NCBI GenBank assembly: GCA_964016885.1 | Contig: OZ024755.1 | Span: 34,348,001 to 34,412,000 of the forward strand | Source: Eledone cirrhosa | Lineage: Eukaryota | Length of the DNA stretch: 64,000 nucleotides | Direction of reading: 5' to 3' | Shown: positions 1 through 13,338 of the stretch, in pieces | Position numbering within the stretch: position 1 is the stretch's first letter | How the letters are laid out: each line of letters begins with the position of its first letter | The notes under the pieces: model-generated | What the model was told of the DNA's origin: nothing | The model's input: the letters and a program-made list of their open reading frames with translations, nothing else | Database searches by the model: none | Position numbers and translations under genes: made by a program

Positions 1-210
1 GCTAAAGGGTTAAACTGGTCATGTCTGGCCAGAATTCTCTCACCTCTTTCTGTTCAAACCAGTTATAAATGACTGCTCATACTTATGTTAAGGTATTCTT
101 GTTAAAATAAATATTGTCAAAATCTCATAGATTCGATATTATGTGAGGTAAAGCCTTTACTGTGAAAATATAATAGTATATATAGAGTAATGTAAATGCT
201 AAAGGATTAA
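1..210 (-). mobile_element. piggyBac-type MITE (family P1), reverse copy
   Basis: Ends in gtaatgtaaatgctaaaggattaa, the reverse complement of the family end TTAA-CCCTTTAGCATTTAC; body matches the copies at 1090, 55169 and 59896. Confidence 0.75.
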
Positions 211-574
211 GGCCAGTTACCCTACTAAAGCAGCGGTTAGCCTTGTGGTCAGTGACAAGATTCAAGCCTCTTCACCTTTCCTCATCATCTGTATTCCTTC
301 GCAAAATCCCTGGCTTTCATTTCATCCCCTATCATCCCCAACCATGTCTTTATTTGCCTACTTCTTCCTCAACTCACTTTCACATACATTTCTATCACTC
401 ATTTCCTCCAGTCACAATCACCCTTCCTCAAAATATGACCAACATCATCATCATTATCATCATTTAATGTCTGTTTTCCCTGCTAGCAAAGGTTGGATGG
501 GCCTGCACAGACCCTGTCAGTAGTTAATCAGAGCTACTGACCTCTCAGCTAAGCTGAGGGCTGCATTACACTTA

Positions 575-743
575 CCGTATTTCCCGGCACTGAAGACACT
601 TCGTCCTCGAGGACGCTCCCTAATTTTGACAACCAAAAATTAAAAAAAAAAATAGTAAACAACCTTCGGCCTCCAGGACACATGGTAGATTTTTTAGACT
701 TATTTTAGGAAAACAGTAGCATCTTCGATGCCAGGAAATATGG
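575..743. mobile_element. pogo/Tigger-like (Tc1/mariner) MITE
   Basis: TIRs ccgtatttcccggca / tgccaggaaatatgg, flanked by TA on both sides. Confidence 0.75.
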
Positions 744-1089
744 TACATGCATCCATGCACTCTTCCTCTCGCTCCCTCTACAGAGTGCCATCACTAGGAA
801 TGTTGTCTTTAGCAGGTTTTCTATGGCTGGATGCCTTTCCTACTGCCAACCACTTTATAGAGTATTCTGGATATCTTTCCTATCATTAACCACCTTACAG
901 GGTCTACCGAGTGCATTTTTGTAACACCAGCACTAAGGGTCATATCTGAAGGGTTCTCTCAGCCCTTTGGTTTAGTTTCTATAGTTGGAACCTCTTCCTA
1001 ATACCAACTACTTTATAAAGTGTACTGTAATTGTGGAACATTCATAAACTAAAACTGATTTCTTCGATAATAATTCTATTTTTACAGAA

Positions 1090-1388
1090 TAACTCTTTAA
1101 CATTTACATTACTCTATATTTACTATTGTATTTTCATGGTAAAGGCTTTATCTCACATAATATCTCACATAACATTTACATTACTCTATATATACTATTG
1201 TATTTTTGTGGTAAAGGCTTTATCTCACATAATATCTCAAATAATATCGAACCCATGAGATTTTGATGTTTATTTTGAGAACAATACCTTATCCTTGATA
1301 TTATGAGTGGCCAGTTATGGCCAGTTTGAACAGAAAGAAGTGACAGAACTCTGGCCAGATATGGCCGGTTTAAATGTTAAAGGGTTAA
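1090..1388 (+). mobile_element. piggyBac-type MITE (family P1) with internal duplication
   Basis: Degenerate left TIR; right end aaatgttaaagggTTAA; ~70-bp left segment duplicated. Confidence 0.75.
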
Positions 1389-1974
1389 TGATATAATCTG
1401 GTTGTAATTTGTTCTCAGGCCTTATAATAATAAATATCAAAAACAAAGATTAAGTCATGCTTACTTTTGAGTAATATTTATGTCAATGTAATCATAATAG
1501 TAGAGTACATACCCTGTGACATCAGCCACCATATGCTACTGACATACATATATACATGCATGTTTGTACATGCGTATACAAATAATTAATTAATAAAAAA
1601 GATGGAAATGCTTTCTAGCTTTGGTGATGTGATAGAAAAATGTTAGGCCCATCATTAACAGCTGCTTAAAAATGTCAGCTAGGTATGACCTCCCTATGAG
1701 GCATGATAGGATAGAAAAACAAAACAAAATAGACTACAAGCGTTTTAAAAACCATGGATGTATGATAGAAAAAGCACGACAGGCATGACAAGCATGTACA
1801 TTTACAGATATTAATAAATGGGAATAAGTATATTGGTGTAAAGTTCTATTGAGGATATTTCTTGAATGCAGCATCAACAGCAGATATGACTATCTCATCT
1901 ATCATTGTGATAAAAGTGAACATTTATGGTCAACTGTAAGAGAATACTAACCAATAAGCAAGTCCCTATGCTGT

Positions 1975-2282
1975 CATCATCATCATCATCATTTTACGTT
2001 CGCTTTTCCCTGCTTGCAAGGGTGGGACGGGTCTTATTCAGCACAGCATCTCTCCACTCGTCGCGGTCCTTCGTCATCTCCACCGTGAGCTTCAATGATC
2101 TGAGGTCTGTTCTCACCACCTCCGCCCATGTTTTTCGTGGTCTACCTCTACCACGTCTTCCTTCAACTGGCATTTCCTGGCACTTCTTCACCCATCGGTC
2201 ATCCTCCATGTGCATCACATGTCCATACCACCTCAGTCTCCTCTCCCGTACACTACATTCTATCCCTCTCAGACACAGTTTC
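1975..2282 (-). mobile_element. RTE-clade LINE 3' end (5'-truncated)
   Basis: ORF 1994..2218 encodes VEGRRGRGRPRKTWAEVV...DRDEWR, the RTE ORF C-terminus; (TGA)n tail. Confidence 0.9.
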
Positions 2283-4264
2283 TAACAGCCAAGTATCTCT
2301 CTCTAATTATACCCTTTCATTGTATCATCATCATCATCACCCTTTAGCATCCATCTTTCCATGTTTACATGGGTTGTCCATGTTGGGAGACAAGAGAATA
2401 CTAACCAATAAGCAAGTCCCTATGCTGTCATGTATGTAAACTTGCTGCTAGAAATAACAGCCAAGTATCTCTCTCTAATTATACCCTTTCATTGTATCAT
2501 CATCATCACCCTTTAGCATCCATCTTTCCATGTTTACATGGATTGTCCATGTTGGGAGACAAGAGAATACTAACCAATAAGCAAGTCCCTATGCTGTCAT
2601 GTATGTCAACTTGCTGCTAGAAATAACAGCCAAGTATCTCTCTCTAATTATACCCTTTCATTGTATCATCATCATCACCCTTTAGCATCCATCTTTCCAT
2701 GTTTACATGGGTTGTCCATGTTGGGAGACAAGAGAATACTAACCAATAAGCAAGTCCCTATGCTGTCATGTATGTCAACTTGCTGCTAGAAATAACAGCC
2801 AAGTATCTCTCTCTAATTATACCCTTTCATTGTATCATCATCATCATCACCCTTTAGCATCCATCTTTCCATGTTTACATGGGTTGTCCATGTTGGGAGA
2901 CAAGAGAATACTAACCAATAAGCAAGTCCCTATGCTGTCATGTATGTCAACTTGCTGCTAGAAATAACAGCCAAGTATCTCTCTCTAATTATACCCTTTC
3001 ATTGTATCATCATCATCACCCTTTAGCATCCATCTTTCCATGTTTACATGGGTTGTCCATGTTGGGAGACAAGAGAATACTAACCAATAAGCAAGTCCCT
3101 ATGCTGTCATGTATGTCAACTTGCTGCTAGAAATAACAGCCAAGTATCTCTCTCTAATTATACCCTTTCATTGTATCATCATCATCATCACCCTTTAGCA
3201 TCCATCTTTCCATGTTTACATGGGTTGTCCATGTTGGGAGACAAGAGAATACTAACCAATAAGCAAGTCCCTATGCTGTCATGTATGTAAACTTGCTGCT
3301 AGAAATAACAGCCAAGTATCTCTCTCTTATTATACCCTTTCATTGTATCATCATCATCACCCTTTAGCATCCATCTTTCCATGTTTACATGGGTTGTCCA
3401 TGTTGGGAGACAAGAGAATACTAACCAATAAGCAAGTCCCTATGCTGTCATGTATGTCAACTTGCTGCTAGAAATAACAGCCAAGTATCTCTCTCTAATT
3501 ATACCCTTTCATTGTATCATCATCATCACCCTTTAGCATCCATCTTTCCATGTTTACATGGGTTGTCCATGTTGGGAGACAAGAGAATACTAACCAATAA
3601 GCAAGTCCCTATGCTGTCATGTATGTAAACTTGCTGCTAGAAATAACAGCCAAGTATCTCTCTCTAATTATACCCTTTCATTGTATCATCATCATCATCA
3701 CCCTTTAGCATCCATCTTTCCATGTTTACATGGGTTGTCCATGTTGGGAGACAAGAGAATACTAACCAATAAGCAAGTCCCTATGCTGTCATGTATGTCA
3801 ACTTGCTGCTAGAAATAACAGCCAAGTATCTCTCTCTAATTATACCCTTTCATTGTATCATCATCATCACCCTTTAGCATCCATCTTTCCATGTTTACAT
3901 GGGTTGTCCATGTTGGGAGACAAGAGAATACTAACCAATAAGCAAGTCCCTATGCTGTCATGTATGTCAACTTGCTGCTAGAAATAACAGCCAAGTATCT
4001 CTCTCTAATTATACCCTTTCATTGTATCATCATCATCACCCTTTAGCATCCATCTTTCCATGTTTACATGGGTTGTCCATGTTGGGAGACAAGAGAATAC
4101 TAACCAATAAGCAAGTCCCTATGCTGTCATGTATGTAAACTTGCTGCTAGAAATAACAGCCAAGTATCTCTCTCTAATTATACCCTTTCATTGTATCATC
4201 ATCATCATCACCCTTTAGCATCCATCTTTCCATGTGTTACATGGGTTGTCCATGTTGGGAAACA
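2283..4264 (+). repeat. Tandem array, 169/172-bp unit, about 12 copies, built from parts of two SINE families
   Basis: caagagaatactaaccaataag recurs at 2391, 2560, 2729, 2901 ... 4090; near-identical units; the 3-bp length difference comes from (cat)n number. Confidence 0.95.
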
Positions 4265-5034
4265 AGTTTGGCTACAGTTGGCTACACCATACCTTGCACC
4301 GATGAGGACTGTAAATTTGGCCGGGAATTCTACAGCTGGATGTCCTTAACACCAACCACATTTGCAGTGTGCTATTGGGTGACACGGTTATGGGGAGAGA
4401 GAGGCCAGTTGGCCACACTGAACCTACCTCACAGCAGTACCTTAGTTTGGGAGCCCGGTACTGGTTGGCATCAATATAAGGAGGTATAAGTTAATGAATT
4501 CCTAGATAGACTAAGTTTAAATGATATATGGAATGGTCATAATTGGAGGTCCTTCAATCATAGTTCTGCTTAGTTATGGTTGACCAAGGGTTAAACAACT
4601 GGTATCTGTACAGCTTCCTTATCATATTAGTACCTACTGATGAACAAGACAGCATTGGCAGAATTGTAGCGAAATCTGTCCACACTTTGACCCCGGGGTG
4701 ACATTTAACTGTCATTTTTGGGGTCATCTCCTTTACAGTGTCAACAATCCTGAGAGTGGACGACCTCTAGGGGTCACTCCTTTATTCTCAAGGCTTGAGG
4801 ACAGAGGAAGTGACAGAGATAAATAGCCTGTCTTAGATTAAACAGGCGACAGTCCAAGGCAGCTCTTGATAGAGTAAACATGTAAACTATCGCTTTCTAC
4901 AGAACCCTTGGGGTCTTACAGACTCTTACTTTCTCTTAATCTCACTCTTTCACTCAATCTCTATCTCTTGGTCTCACTCTTTTGAGAACAACACGTTAAC
5001 ATCAGTATGAGGAGCCAATTACAGCCAGTTTAAA

Positions 5035-5425
5035 CAAAACACTTTATTTCACGTTGCTCCATCATCACCATCATCACTCGTCGACTACTGTCGAGATGAT
5101 GGATCTCACTCTCATGCCCCAGAATCGCCTGTCCCCCATCGCTGCCCCCAGGTCCTGTCTGCTGATTCCCGTATCCCTAGAGATAACGTCAGGGAATGAC
5201 AGCTTCCTACTCCTAGTCAGGCTGGAGTCAGGGTTCCAGAGCAAGAGAGCGGATATGATTTCATTGCTGGCACGGTGACAGTGGCCAGCAAATTGAGCTC
5301 TCTGGGATTTGCTCCAGTATACTCTACTGAAAATGAGTACCAGCAATAGCTGTGAGTTTAACCCGGTGATGGATGGGCATCCTGTCGAGGGGAAGTCTTG
5401 TACAATATCCCTTATCTCTTAGCTT
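5035..5425 (+). mobile_element. CORE-type SINE fragment interrupted by an RTE insertion
   Basis: aacactttatttcacgttgctcca...gtatactc...aatgagtaccagcaatagctg matches the SINE at 30205-30487. Confidence 0.75.
5062..5308 (-). mobile_element. RTE-like LINE 3' end with 8-bp TSD
   Basis: RAQFAGHCHRA...LLLW...DVISRDTG...MGDRRFW; (TGA)n tail; TSD ttgctcca at 5054-5061 and 5309-5316. Confidence 0.85.
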
Positions 5426-5917
5426 CGATATTATGTGAGATAAAGCATTTACCATGAAAACATAATAGTAAATATTGAGCAATGTAAATGTTAAAGGGTT
5501 AAAAAAACATACATTTTCTCTGTTGATCTTGTTCAGAAACAAAAGGATTTGAATTTATTGATGAGATGAAAAAGAGCCATGACAGGCTTCTGCCATTACC
5601 ATCTATATATAAATTTGAGCCACTTCCATCTGTCTGTCACACAATGTGGGTGTGCATGTGTGTGTGTGAATGTATGTGTTTGTAAAAGGAAGGAAGGGGA
5701 TGGTGAAAAAAATCACAACAAAACAGCAACTGGCGTTTCATTTGCTACACTGTATGTGAGTGTATGTATGCATTTCTCTAAATGTATGCATGTGTGTTTG
5801 TGTGAATGTATGCGTGTATTTTTGTAAGCGTGCCTCTGTTTGCACGTTTATATTTATATACGCATACATATAAATGTATATACGCACACATATACACATA
5901 CGCGTCAACGTCTTGAA

Positions 5918-6065
5918 AAAAATCCTAGTCTACCAAATTCCACCAACAATGCATTCATTAACCCAAGGCTATAGTTGGAGATACTTGCCCAAGGTGCTGA
6001 GCAGCAGGACTGAACACACATTCATATGACCACAAAGCAAATTCATTAACCACACAGCCATACCT
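5918..6065 (-). mobile_element. Degenerate CORE-type tRNA SINE
   Basis: Reverse strand reads tggctgtgtggttaa...ggttcagtcc...accttgggcaagt (A/B boxes plus CORE). Confidence 0.55.
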
Positions 6066-7342
6066 TTGCCTAGATGATAGTCTAATATATTCTATATAGT
6101 GAGCTGAAAAAATTAAATTAACTGAGATCATCCTTGCAGCTAGAAGAGAACAAATGCCACTATAGAAGTTTAATGTATAAAATTAACAAGCAGGGGAGAT
6201 AAATCTAATAATATCAGCTAATCAAAATTATCAGGAAATAAAGGCAACGTAGTTAGGTTTTGATGTCTCTCTATATCTCATCCTATCTATATATGTGAGT
6301 GAACACACACACACACACACATGCATGCATGCACATACACACATACTTATGCATGTATACACATACATACATGCATACATATAGATATATCAAGAAAGAT
6401 GCACAGAGAGAGAAAGTAGAAAGGAGAAATGTCTGTGAAGAGGAAATAGATTAAAAGCCATAGACAGCCATAAGAGTTAAGTCGCTTTCTCATAAATTCC
6501 TTGATAATGATCTGTTATTTAAGAATTTAAGAAGAGAGAGGGGAAATTTGTGTAAGAATTAAACCATAACTTGCTGACTGTTATTTAGTGCATTTATCTT
6601 TAATTGGAACTACTTCATTAATAAAACTGTTGGAATCCTTCAGCTAAATCCTTCTCTAAGTTACAACAAGCTAAGAGGACTTATTTCTCAATCTTCTAGT
6701 TAATATCTGTAGATTTTCTATGAGATTACATTTCTGATATTGTTAACTTAAGAAATAATTTTCTAGTCATTTGCTAGCTTCAGTATAGTCAACAAATACT
6801 GTAAGGAAGTTGAGTATGAATTATTTATTGGAAATAATATGTATTTTCTTTGTCATCTTATTGAAGACGACGACTGCAGTTAAAGCAGCAGAAATTTGTT
6901 GGCAGATAATGTAGAGATTATGACAATGCACATACTTGAAAGCTAAGTTGTCAGTTTCCTTAGGAACTATATCGATAACATGTTAAACTTAACCTTGCTT
7001 AACAACTTTTATTATTTTTAAGATAAGGCAAGAATCCTTACTGAATATTGTTCCAGTCATTTCAGCAAGATGGTTGAACAATGGGAATACTAAATATTTT
7101 ATTTCAAAGAAACATATAATTTCTATAGCAGATGTCAGAATGTTAATACACAGAATTTTGTGTCCTCTTTCTTCCAGAAGGAATAATATCTTTACATTAT
7201 TCTTAAAAGGAATATAAACGTCTGAATATTTATCCTCTTCTCTCTAGAAGATTGGCTTATAGCTCAAATGAAACATAAAACTGCATTTGATTTTATAGTG
7301 AAATAAATATCTAGGGCTAATTTTCACTGCTGTTTTAGTAAC

Positions 7343-7782
7343 TGGCAGTGGTAGAGATATTTAAGGTGACAGTGGTACAGAGATATTTAAGGTGACAGTG
7401 GTACAGAGATATTTAAGGTGGCAGTGGTACAGAGATATTTAAGGTGGCAGTGGTACAGAGATATTTAAGGTGGTAGTGGTACAGAGATATTTAAGGTGGT
7501 AGTGGTACAGAGATATTTAAGGTGGCAGTGGTACAGAGATATTTAAGGTGACAGTGGTACAGAGATATTTAAGGTGGCAGTGGTACAGAGATATTTAAGG
7601 TGGTAGTGGTACAGAGATATTTAAGGTGGTAGTGGTACAGAGATATTTAAGGTGGTAGTGGTACAGAGATATTTAAGGTGGCAGTGGTACAGAGATATTT
7701 AAGGTGACAGTGGTACAGAGATATTTAAGGTGACAGTGGTACAGAGATATTTAAGGTGACAGTGGTACAGAGATATTTAAGG
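7343..7782 (+). repeat. 26-bp minisatellite, about 17 copies
   Basis: Unit ggtg(a/g)(c/t)agtggtacagagatatttaa. Confidence 0.95.
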
Positions 7783-8005
7783 CTTTTTAACCATGAATAA
7801 ACTGAAGAATTATGCAATAATGTTTGAAATGTTAAAACATCATTTGTTTGTTTCTTCATGTTTGTTTGCAATACATCTTTTGTGAGAGAGAGAGTGTATG
7901 TATGTGTGAGTGATTGATACTAAGTTTCTCTGTGTGGGTGTGGGCATGTATAAATGTATTGTATTGGCAGTAATATAAGATACTGCAGAGAAATGATATT
8001 AATAT

Positions 8006-8375
8006 CATCATCATCATCATTCAGCAGCCTCAGCTGAAATCAACTCAACAATTGATCTCCACGTGGGTGTGTTGTTTATTGCCGTTGCCAAGTCCTGGAT
8101 TTCAATACCAGAATCTCTGGAGATGACATCGGGATAGGAGAGCTTGCGCCCCCTGTTATTAGTGACTGCTTGTGGTTTCCAAAGCACTAATGGGGACACA
8201 GCCTCATAGGTGGCACGATGGCAGTGGCCAGAAAATCTTACTCTCCTTTTACATACAACGATAGATATGCGTGGATGGACGTTATATATTTCTTTCAAAG
8301 TCAGATGTTGCCAGCTTATGTTCTGAATGCAGTGAAACAGGCGAGTGTATGTGCCATTGAGGTGCTTACAGGCCC
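8006..8375 (-). mobile_element. RTE-like LINE 3' end with 9-bp TSD
   Basis: RRVRFSGHCHRA...LVLW...YPDVISRDSG, related to the 5062 copy; TSD tattaatat at 7997-8005 and 8376-8384. Confidence 0.85.
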
Positions 8376-8919
8376 TATTAATATAATATAATAAGGATTT
8401 CTAGTATAGGCACAAGGCCAGTAATTTGGGGGAGGGGTAAGTTGATTAAATCGACCCCAGTACATTACTGGTGTTTTATTTTATCAACCCCGTAAGGATG
8501 AAAGGCCAAGTTAACCTCGGCGGGATTTGAATGTCAGTATACCCCAACTACTATGTCTCTTCACCTGTCATTGTAACTCCATAATCAGGGTTCTCGACTC
8601 TGCTATATCAAACTAGTCTGTTGCATGTTGCCACTGTGTAGCAGATGATTAGATCAACCCATGTACATCACTGGTACTTTATTGTCTCTAAAAGAATGAA
8701 AGGCAAAATTCATCTTGAGATTTTAATTCAGAATGTAAAGTATTTTGTCCAATGTTGTAACAACTCTGCCAATTCCTTATCCTTTGTTTTGTTTTATTTT
8801 ATTTTCTATATTTATTATATCTTGGTTATTTCTACTGAAATTTAAAAAAAAATTATTCATTTCACCTTGACTGGCGCCATCCTGTCTTTATGTGGTATGT
8901 ATACACATCACATTTAGTG

Positions 8920-9530
8920 AAGGTACGTGGCTGTGGTGTTAGAGAATTGAATTCGCAATTGTGAGGTTGTGATTTTGATTCTTGGACCGGGTGATGCGTT
9001 ATGTCTTTAGGCAAGATACTTTATTTCATGTTGCTCCTTCAGCCTGGAGTTACAACTGACAAATAGTATTAGCAATTGGAGGCACATGGCTTAGTGGTTA
9101 GAGCATTGGCCTTGCAATCGAAAGGTTGTGAGTTCAATTCTCAGACCAGGTGATGTGTTGTTTCCTTGAGCAAGACACTTTATTTCACATTGCTCCAGTT
9201 TACTCAGCTGTAGAAATGAGATGATAGGTGACTGGGGTCCCTATCATTCCACTGCAAAGTGGTCGTGGAGGTGCCACGGCAAAAAAGCACCCAGCACTCA
9301 CTGTAAATGAGGTTGGTGTTATGAAGGGCATCCAGCTGTAGAAATCAAGCCAGAGTCAGTTCCCGTCCCACCCTTGCAAGCAGGGAAAAGCGGACGTAAA
9401 ATGAAATGATGATGAATGATGAATTAGAAAGACTAATGGAAACATTGTTTCCTCGGCCCAATTTGATGAGCTACACTCCTCTCGTTAAGTGAATGAGGGA
9501 ATGAATGGGATCTTGTCAATCAACTGTCAA
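8920..9530 (+). mobile_element. CORE-type SINE (subtype b) with a second CORE SINE (subtype a, 9078-9423) nested inside
   Basis: Two tRNA heads and two CORE motifs (ttgagcaagacactttatttcac); host body resumes at aaagactaatggaaac; junction aattgga/aattaga resembles a TSD. Confidence 0.8.
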
Positions 9531-9656
9531 TATGCACATCACAGAAAGTCTAGGTAGAGTCAATTAAACAGAATCAAAACCAAGTGGAATTCATTGTTGA
9601 TATAATTTCTTCTAAATGCGGCACATTATCGTTTATCAATTTACCATTATTATTGC

Positions 9657-9975
9657 TTGGATTGGCAGTATCGGTAGAGGGTCGGATGCTATGCTTTGAC
9701 GTATAGAGTTACGGCCCTTGCCATTCTGAGTTCAAATCCCGCCGAGGTTAACTTTGCCTTTCATCCTTACGGGGTCGATAAAACAAAGTACCAGTAATGC
9801 TCTGGGTAATTGCTGGCCTTGTGCCAGACGTATAGAGTTACGGCCCTTGCCATTCTGAGTTCAAATCCCGCCGAGGTTAACTTTGCCTTTCATCCTTACG
9901 GGGTCGATAAAATAAAGTACCAGTAATGCACTGGGTAATTGCTGGCCTTGTGCCAAATGTAGAAACAATTATTGC
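9657..9975 (+). mobile_element. Meta-like tRNA SINE (family M) with internal ~128-bp duplication
   Basis: tggcagtatcggtaga (A box), gagttcaaatcc (B box); gccgaggttaactttgcctttcatccttacggggtcgataaaataaagtacc present twice; (att)n tail. Confidence 0.85.
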
Positions 9976-10580
9976 TATAGTAGCTGTTATATGTTAATGT
10001 TTCACTTGTAGTAAAGCAATAGTATCTAGTTAAGTTACTGTTAATATATTTAATGCTGGGAATATTAAAAAAGTCAAATTGAACAATTATCCAGTGAAGA
10101 AACATTAACAAGCCAAAATCATTTCTGTGTGAGCGAAACAGGGTCCTCCGACCTGATCTCTCACAAAGGGATAGCCCGTCCTACCCATGCTAGCATGGAA
10201 AATGGACATTAAACGACAACAATGATGATAATGATGACTATTGTTATTTTCACTTCTCTGACAAGTATACTAGACTATTCGTAACTTATTTTCGTCTTAT
10301 TCTGACCTCATCAGTAAAGCATATCCTTCACTGTATTTGATGAATTAGTGATGAATGATTCAACAAGTACAAAATTGTTCAATATTGAGAATTGTTTAAA
10401 CAACAAAAAATTGACTGACATCATCCACATGATAAAACAATTATTTAATAAAATGTCACTTTGAAAATATTAAAGTTAATGAACTAAAGTTATTTTAAAA
10501 CTGGAAAGACAATAAATTCGATCTAATATCACAAATATTTCTAGGAATATATAATCAGTCTCTCTTATATTAACTTACAT

Positions 10581-10810
10581 ACACTAGGTCCAAACACAAA
10601 GGAACCAAACTCCCACTGTCACTGCCTCTGTCTCTCCTGATCTCTCTATCTCTCATATACACCAGGTCCAAACACAAAGGAACCAAACTCCCACTGTCAC
10701 TGCCTCCATCTCTCCCTCTCTCTCCATCTCACATATACACCAGGTCCAAATACAAAGGAACCAAACACCCACTGTCACTGCCTCTGTCTCTCCAGCTCTC
10801 CCCACCTCTC
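10581..10810 (+). repeat. 78-bp tandem repeat, 3 copies
   Basis: aggtccaaacacaaaggaaccaaactcccactgtcactgcc in units starting at 10581, 10659 and 10737. Confidence 0.9.
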
Positions 10811-11095
10811 AATATTGTGAGCAAATGGAGGCCCTCGTACAGGCAATTTAGTTGTTGTTACCCTATTTATTACAGAGAACATGAAATAGCTAAATATATT
10901 ATGAGGTGAGGTTAAAACAATTTCAATAAATGAGCAATATTATTTCCATTTTCTTTATAATTATGGAACACAATTCCTATATTGTTTTGCATTTGTATCT
11001 GAGGGGGATGAAAATTACTCTTTTCTCATGGAGTCCTTTTTTTCTGATCAATAGAGTGGAAAAGGGAATTGATATTATTGCAGATATTATTACAT

Positions 11096-11272
11096 TGGAT
11101 TGGCAGTATCGGTAGAGGGTCGGACGCCATGCATAGAGTTACGGCCCTTGCCATTCTGAGTTTAAATCCCGCCGAGGTAAACTTTACCTTTCATCCTTAC
11201 GGGGTCGATAAAATAAAGTACCAGTAATGTACTGAGTAATTGCTGGCCTTGTGCCAAAAGTAGAAACAATTA
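11096..11272 (+). mobile_element. Family M SINE with TSD attattacatt
   Basis: Full head, body and tail; flanking direct repeat. Confidence 0.85.
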
Positions 11273-11632
11273 TTACATTCAGAAAGTCATATAGGTTAGT
11301 ATGTTTAGAAAATATAAGGGTTGGAGGTCTGCCTTGGAATGGTACGGTGTATACAATGTGTGGTTTATAGTTTATAGTGATGTATAGTTTATAGTGTATA
11401 ATTTATATAGTAAAGCATGCAGAGTAACATGCAAAGAAACATGGGCAATTGTAGAAATTGGTGAAAAGCAGCCAAAATCTTCTGAATTGTTCAGTCTATA
11501 ATTGTTCTAGAAGAAAAATCTGAAAGAAGAAATGGCAACATTCTTAGCAGAACATATTCTTTATAAAAAGAGAAAGCTTATTAATCAGATAACGATTATA
11601 AGTAGATTGAGTATACAAATGACAGGCATTAA

Positions 11633-12100
11633 TTCATCATCATCATCGTTTTATGTCCATTGTTCCATGCTAGCGTGGGTTAGACGTGTTGTCTTGTGGT
11701 GGGCAATGCCAGATCAGGTGACCATGTCTTGCTCATACAGGAACTGATTTTGGCTGATTTCTACAACTGGATGCCCTTCCTAGCAACAACCTCATTTGCA
11801 GGTGCTTTTTCTACAGTGGCGCCTACACGACCACTTTACAGTGTGGACTGGGTGCTTTATTGTCGTGACACCTACATGACCACTTTACAGTGAGTACTGG
11901 GTGCTTTTTACCGTGGCACCTACACGACCACTGTACAGTGTGGACTGGGTGCCTTTTTGTTGCGACACCTACACAACCACTTTATAGTGGGAGGGGTGCA
12001 AGCATATTATCTATATGCTTCAGCTTCGGCTTGTACCTGTGGGAAGATGGGTCTTCTGTATTACTGCGTAATGCCAGAGGTCTGTCTTGTGCCATAGCCT
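11633..12100 (-). mobile_element. RTE LINE 3' UTR remnant with ~47-bp subrepeats
   Basis: Reverse-strand copy of 22870-23246; repeated cctacacgaccactttacagtgtggactgggtgc; (TGA)n tail. Confidence 0.7.
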
Positions 12101-13142
12101 TTGAGAGGTGCAATTGGGAAAGATCAACTTTTAATTACATAACATAAATCATTTGGAAGCTATACACAAAAAACAAAAAAAGAGATGTGTGTAACTAAAC
12201 AAAAAGAAGTACAATTCAATGTTTTAGATGGACCCTATTTTGGCGTGAAGAATGTTACTTGAAACTATGTTTTCTGATTCCTTTCATGGCATACTCCACT
12301 TTTGTTAATATATTTTTACCAGCTAAAGAGATTGCTTTCTTCTAGATGCTATCAAAGATTTAATTAATCAAAGGAAGCATGCCATCACATGCACAAGAAC
12401 ATTCTCTATATCAAATGGAAGAAGATGCTAACTTCTCCCACCTGAAATATCTATTGGATCTAATGGCACAGATAAATGTCTTTGATGCAATTTTGATAAT
12501 GTCGAGAATATTGCCAGAAATAATCTGCTGGAAATGTTGTTGATTGGCCAGGGGTCAGCATTAATCCAGTAGACTTCCATTGATCAAAGGAATTCCAGGT
12601 GTAGCTAGCTTATCTTTTGTGTATCTATCACTGCTTTCTTTCATATGTTTCCTACTTTTTAAGATCAAAAGTCTGATTTGAGGAAAATCTGGTTGTTATT
12701 TTAGCGGGGAAAAACAATATGTACACTTGCTGACTCACATAGAGACCCATTTTTAGTCAAGATGAAGGAACTCTTGTTGGCTTGTAATAATTGTTTCTAC
12801 TATAGGCACAAGGCCAGCAATTTCAAAGGTGGGGAAAGTCGAATAAATCGACTCCAGTGTATTAATGGTGCTTTATTTTATCCCCTATAAGGATGAAAGG
12901 CAAAAGTGGGAACAATAAGTATCAATGAAAGAATGGAGTTGATGTAGTCAATCATACATAACGAATTAGTGAGTTGTTAGAGTATATGAAAAATACCTTG
13001 GCAGTATTTGTTCCAGCTCTCTACAATCTGACTTCAAATTCTGCTAAGGTAAACAACACTTTCCATCTTTTCAGGGTAATGAAACAGTACCAGTCGTTGA
13101 TGGGGGATTGGTGATATTATTAAAGCATTGTTATTAAATTGG

Positions 13143-13338
13143 TGGTGGATTGGCAGTATTGGTAGAACATTGGACACCATGCTTTGCAGCATAGAGTTAT
13201 GGCCCTTTATGTTCTGAGTTCAAATCCTGCTGAGGTTAACTTTGCATTTCATCCTTACGGGGTCGATAAAATAAAGTACCAGTAATGCACTGGGGTAATT
13301 GCTGGCCTTGTGCCAAAAGTAGAAACAATTATTATTAC
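13143..13338 (+). mobile_element. Family M SINE
   Basis: Same head, body and tail as the 11096 copy. Confidence 0.85.

Noticed and set aside
4664-5001. Possible solo LTR (tgtagcg...cgttaaca)
   Set aside because: The apparent right end is part of a piggyBac MITE fragment, and there is no TSD.
7343-7782. CRISPR-like appearance of regular repeats (also 24150-24800 and 25265-25700)
   Set aside because: No unique spacers, no cas genes and a eukaryotic context; these are plain minisatellites.
7795-7849. CTGAAGA...GAAA tgtt aa aaca TC hammerhead-like motif
   Set aside because: Stem I is offset, stem II has extra bases and pairing is almost all A-U; could be chance, so not called.
10268-10320. Minus-strand CTGATGA-gtc/gac-GAAA motif
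   Set aside because: Stems I and III pair poorly; at best a decayed ribozyme.
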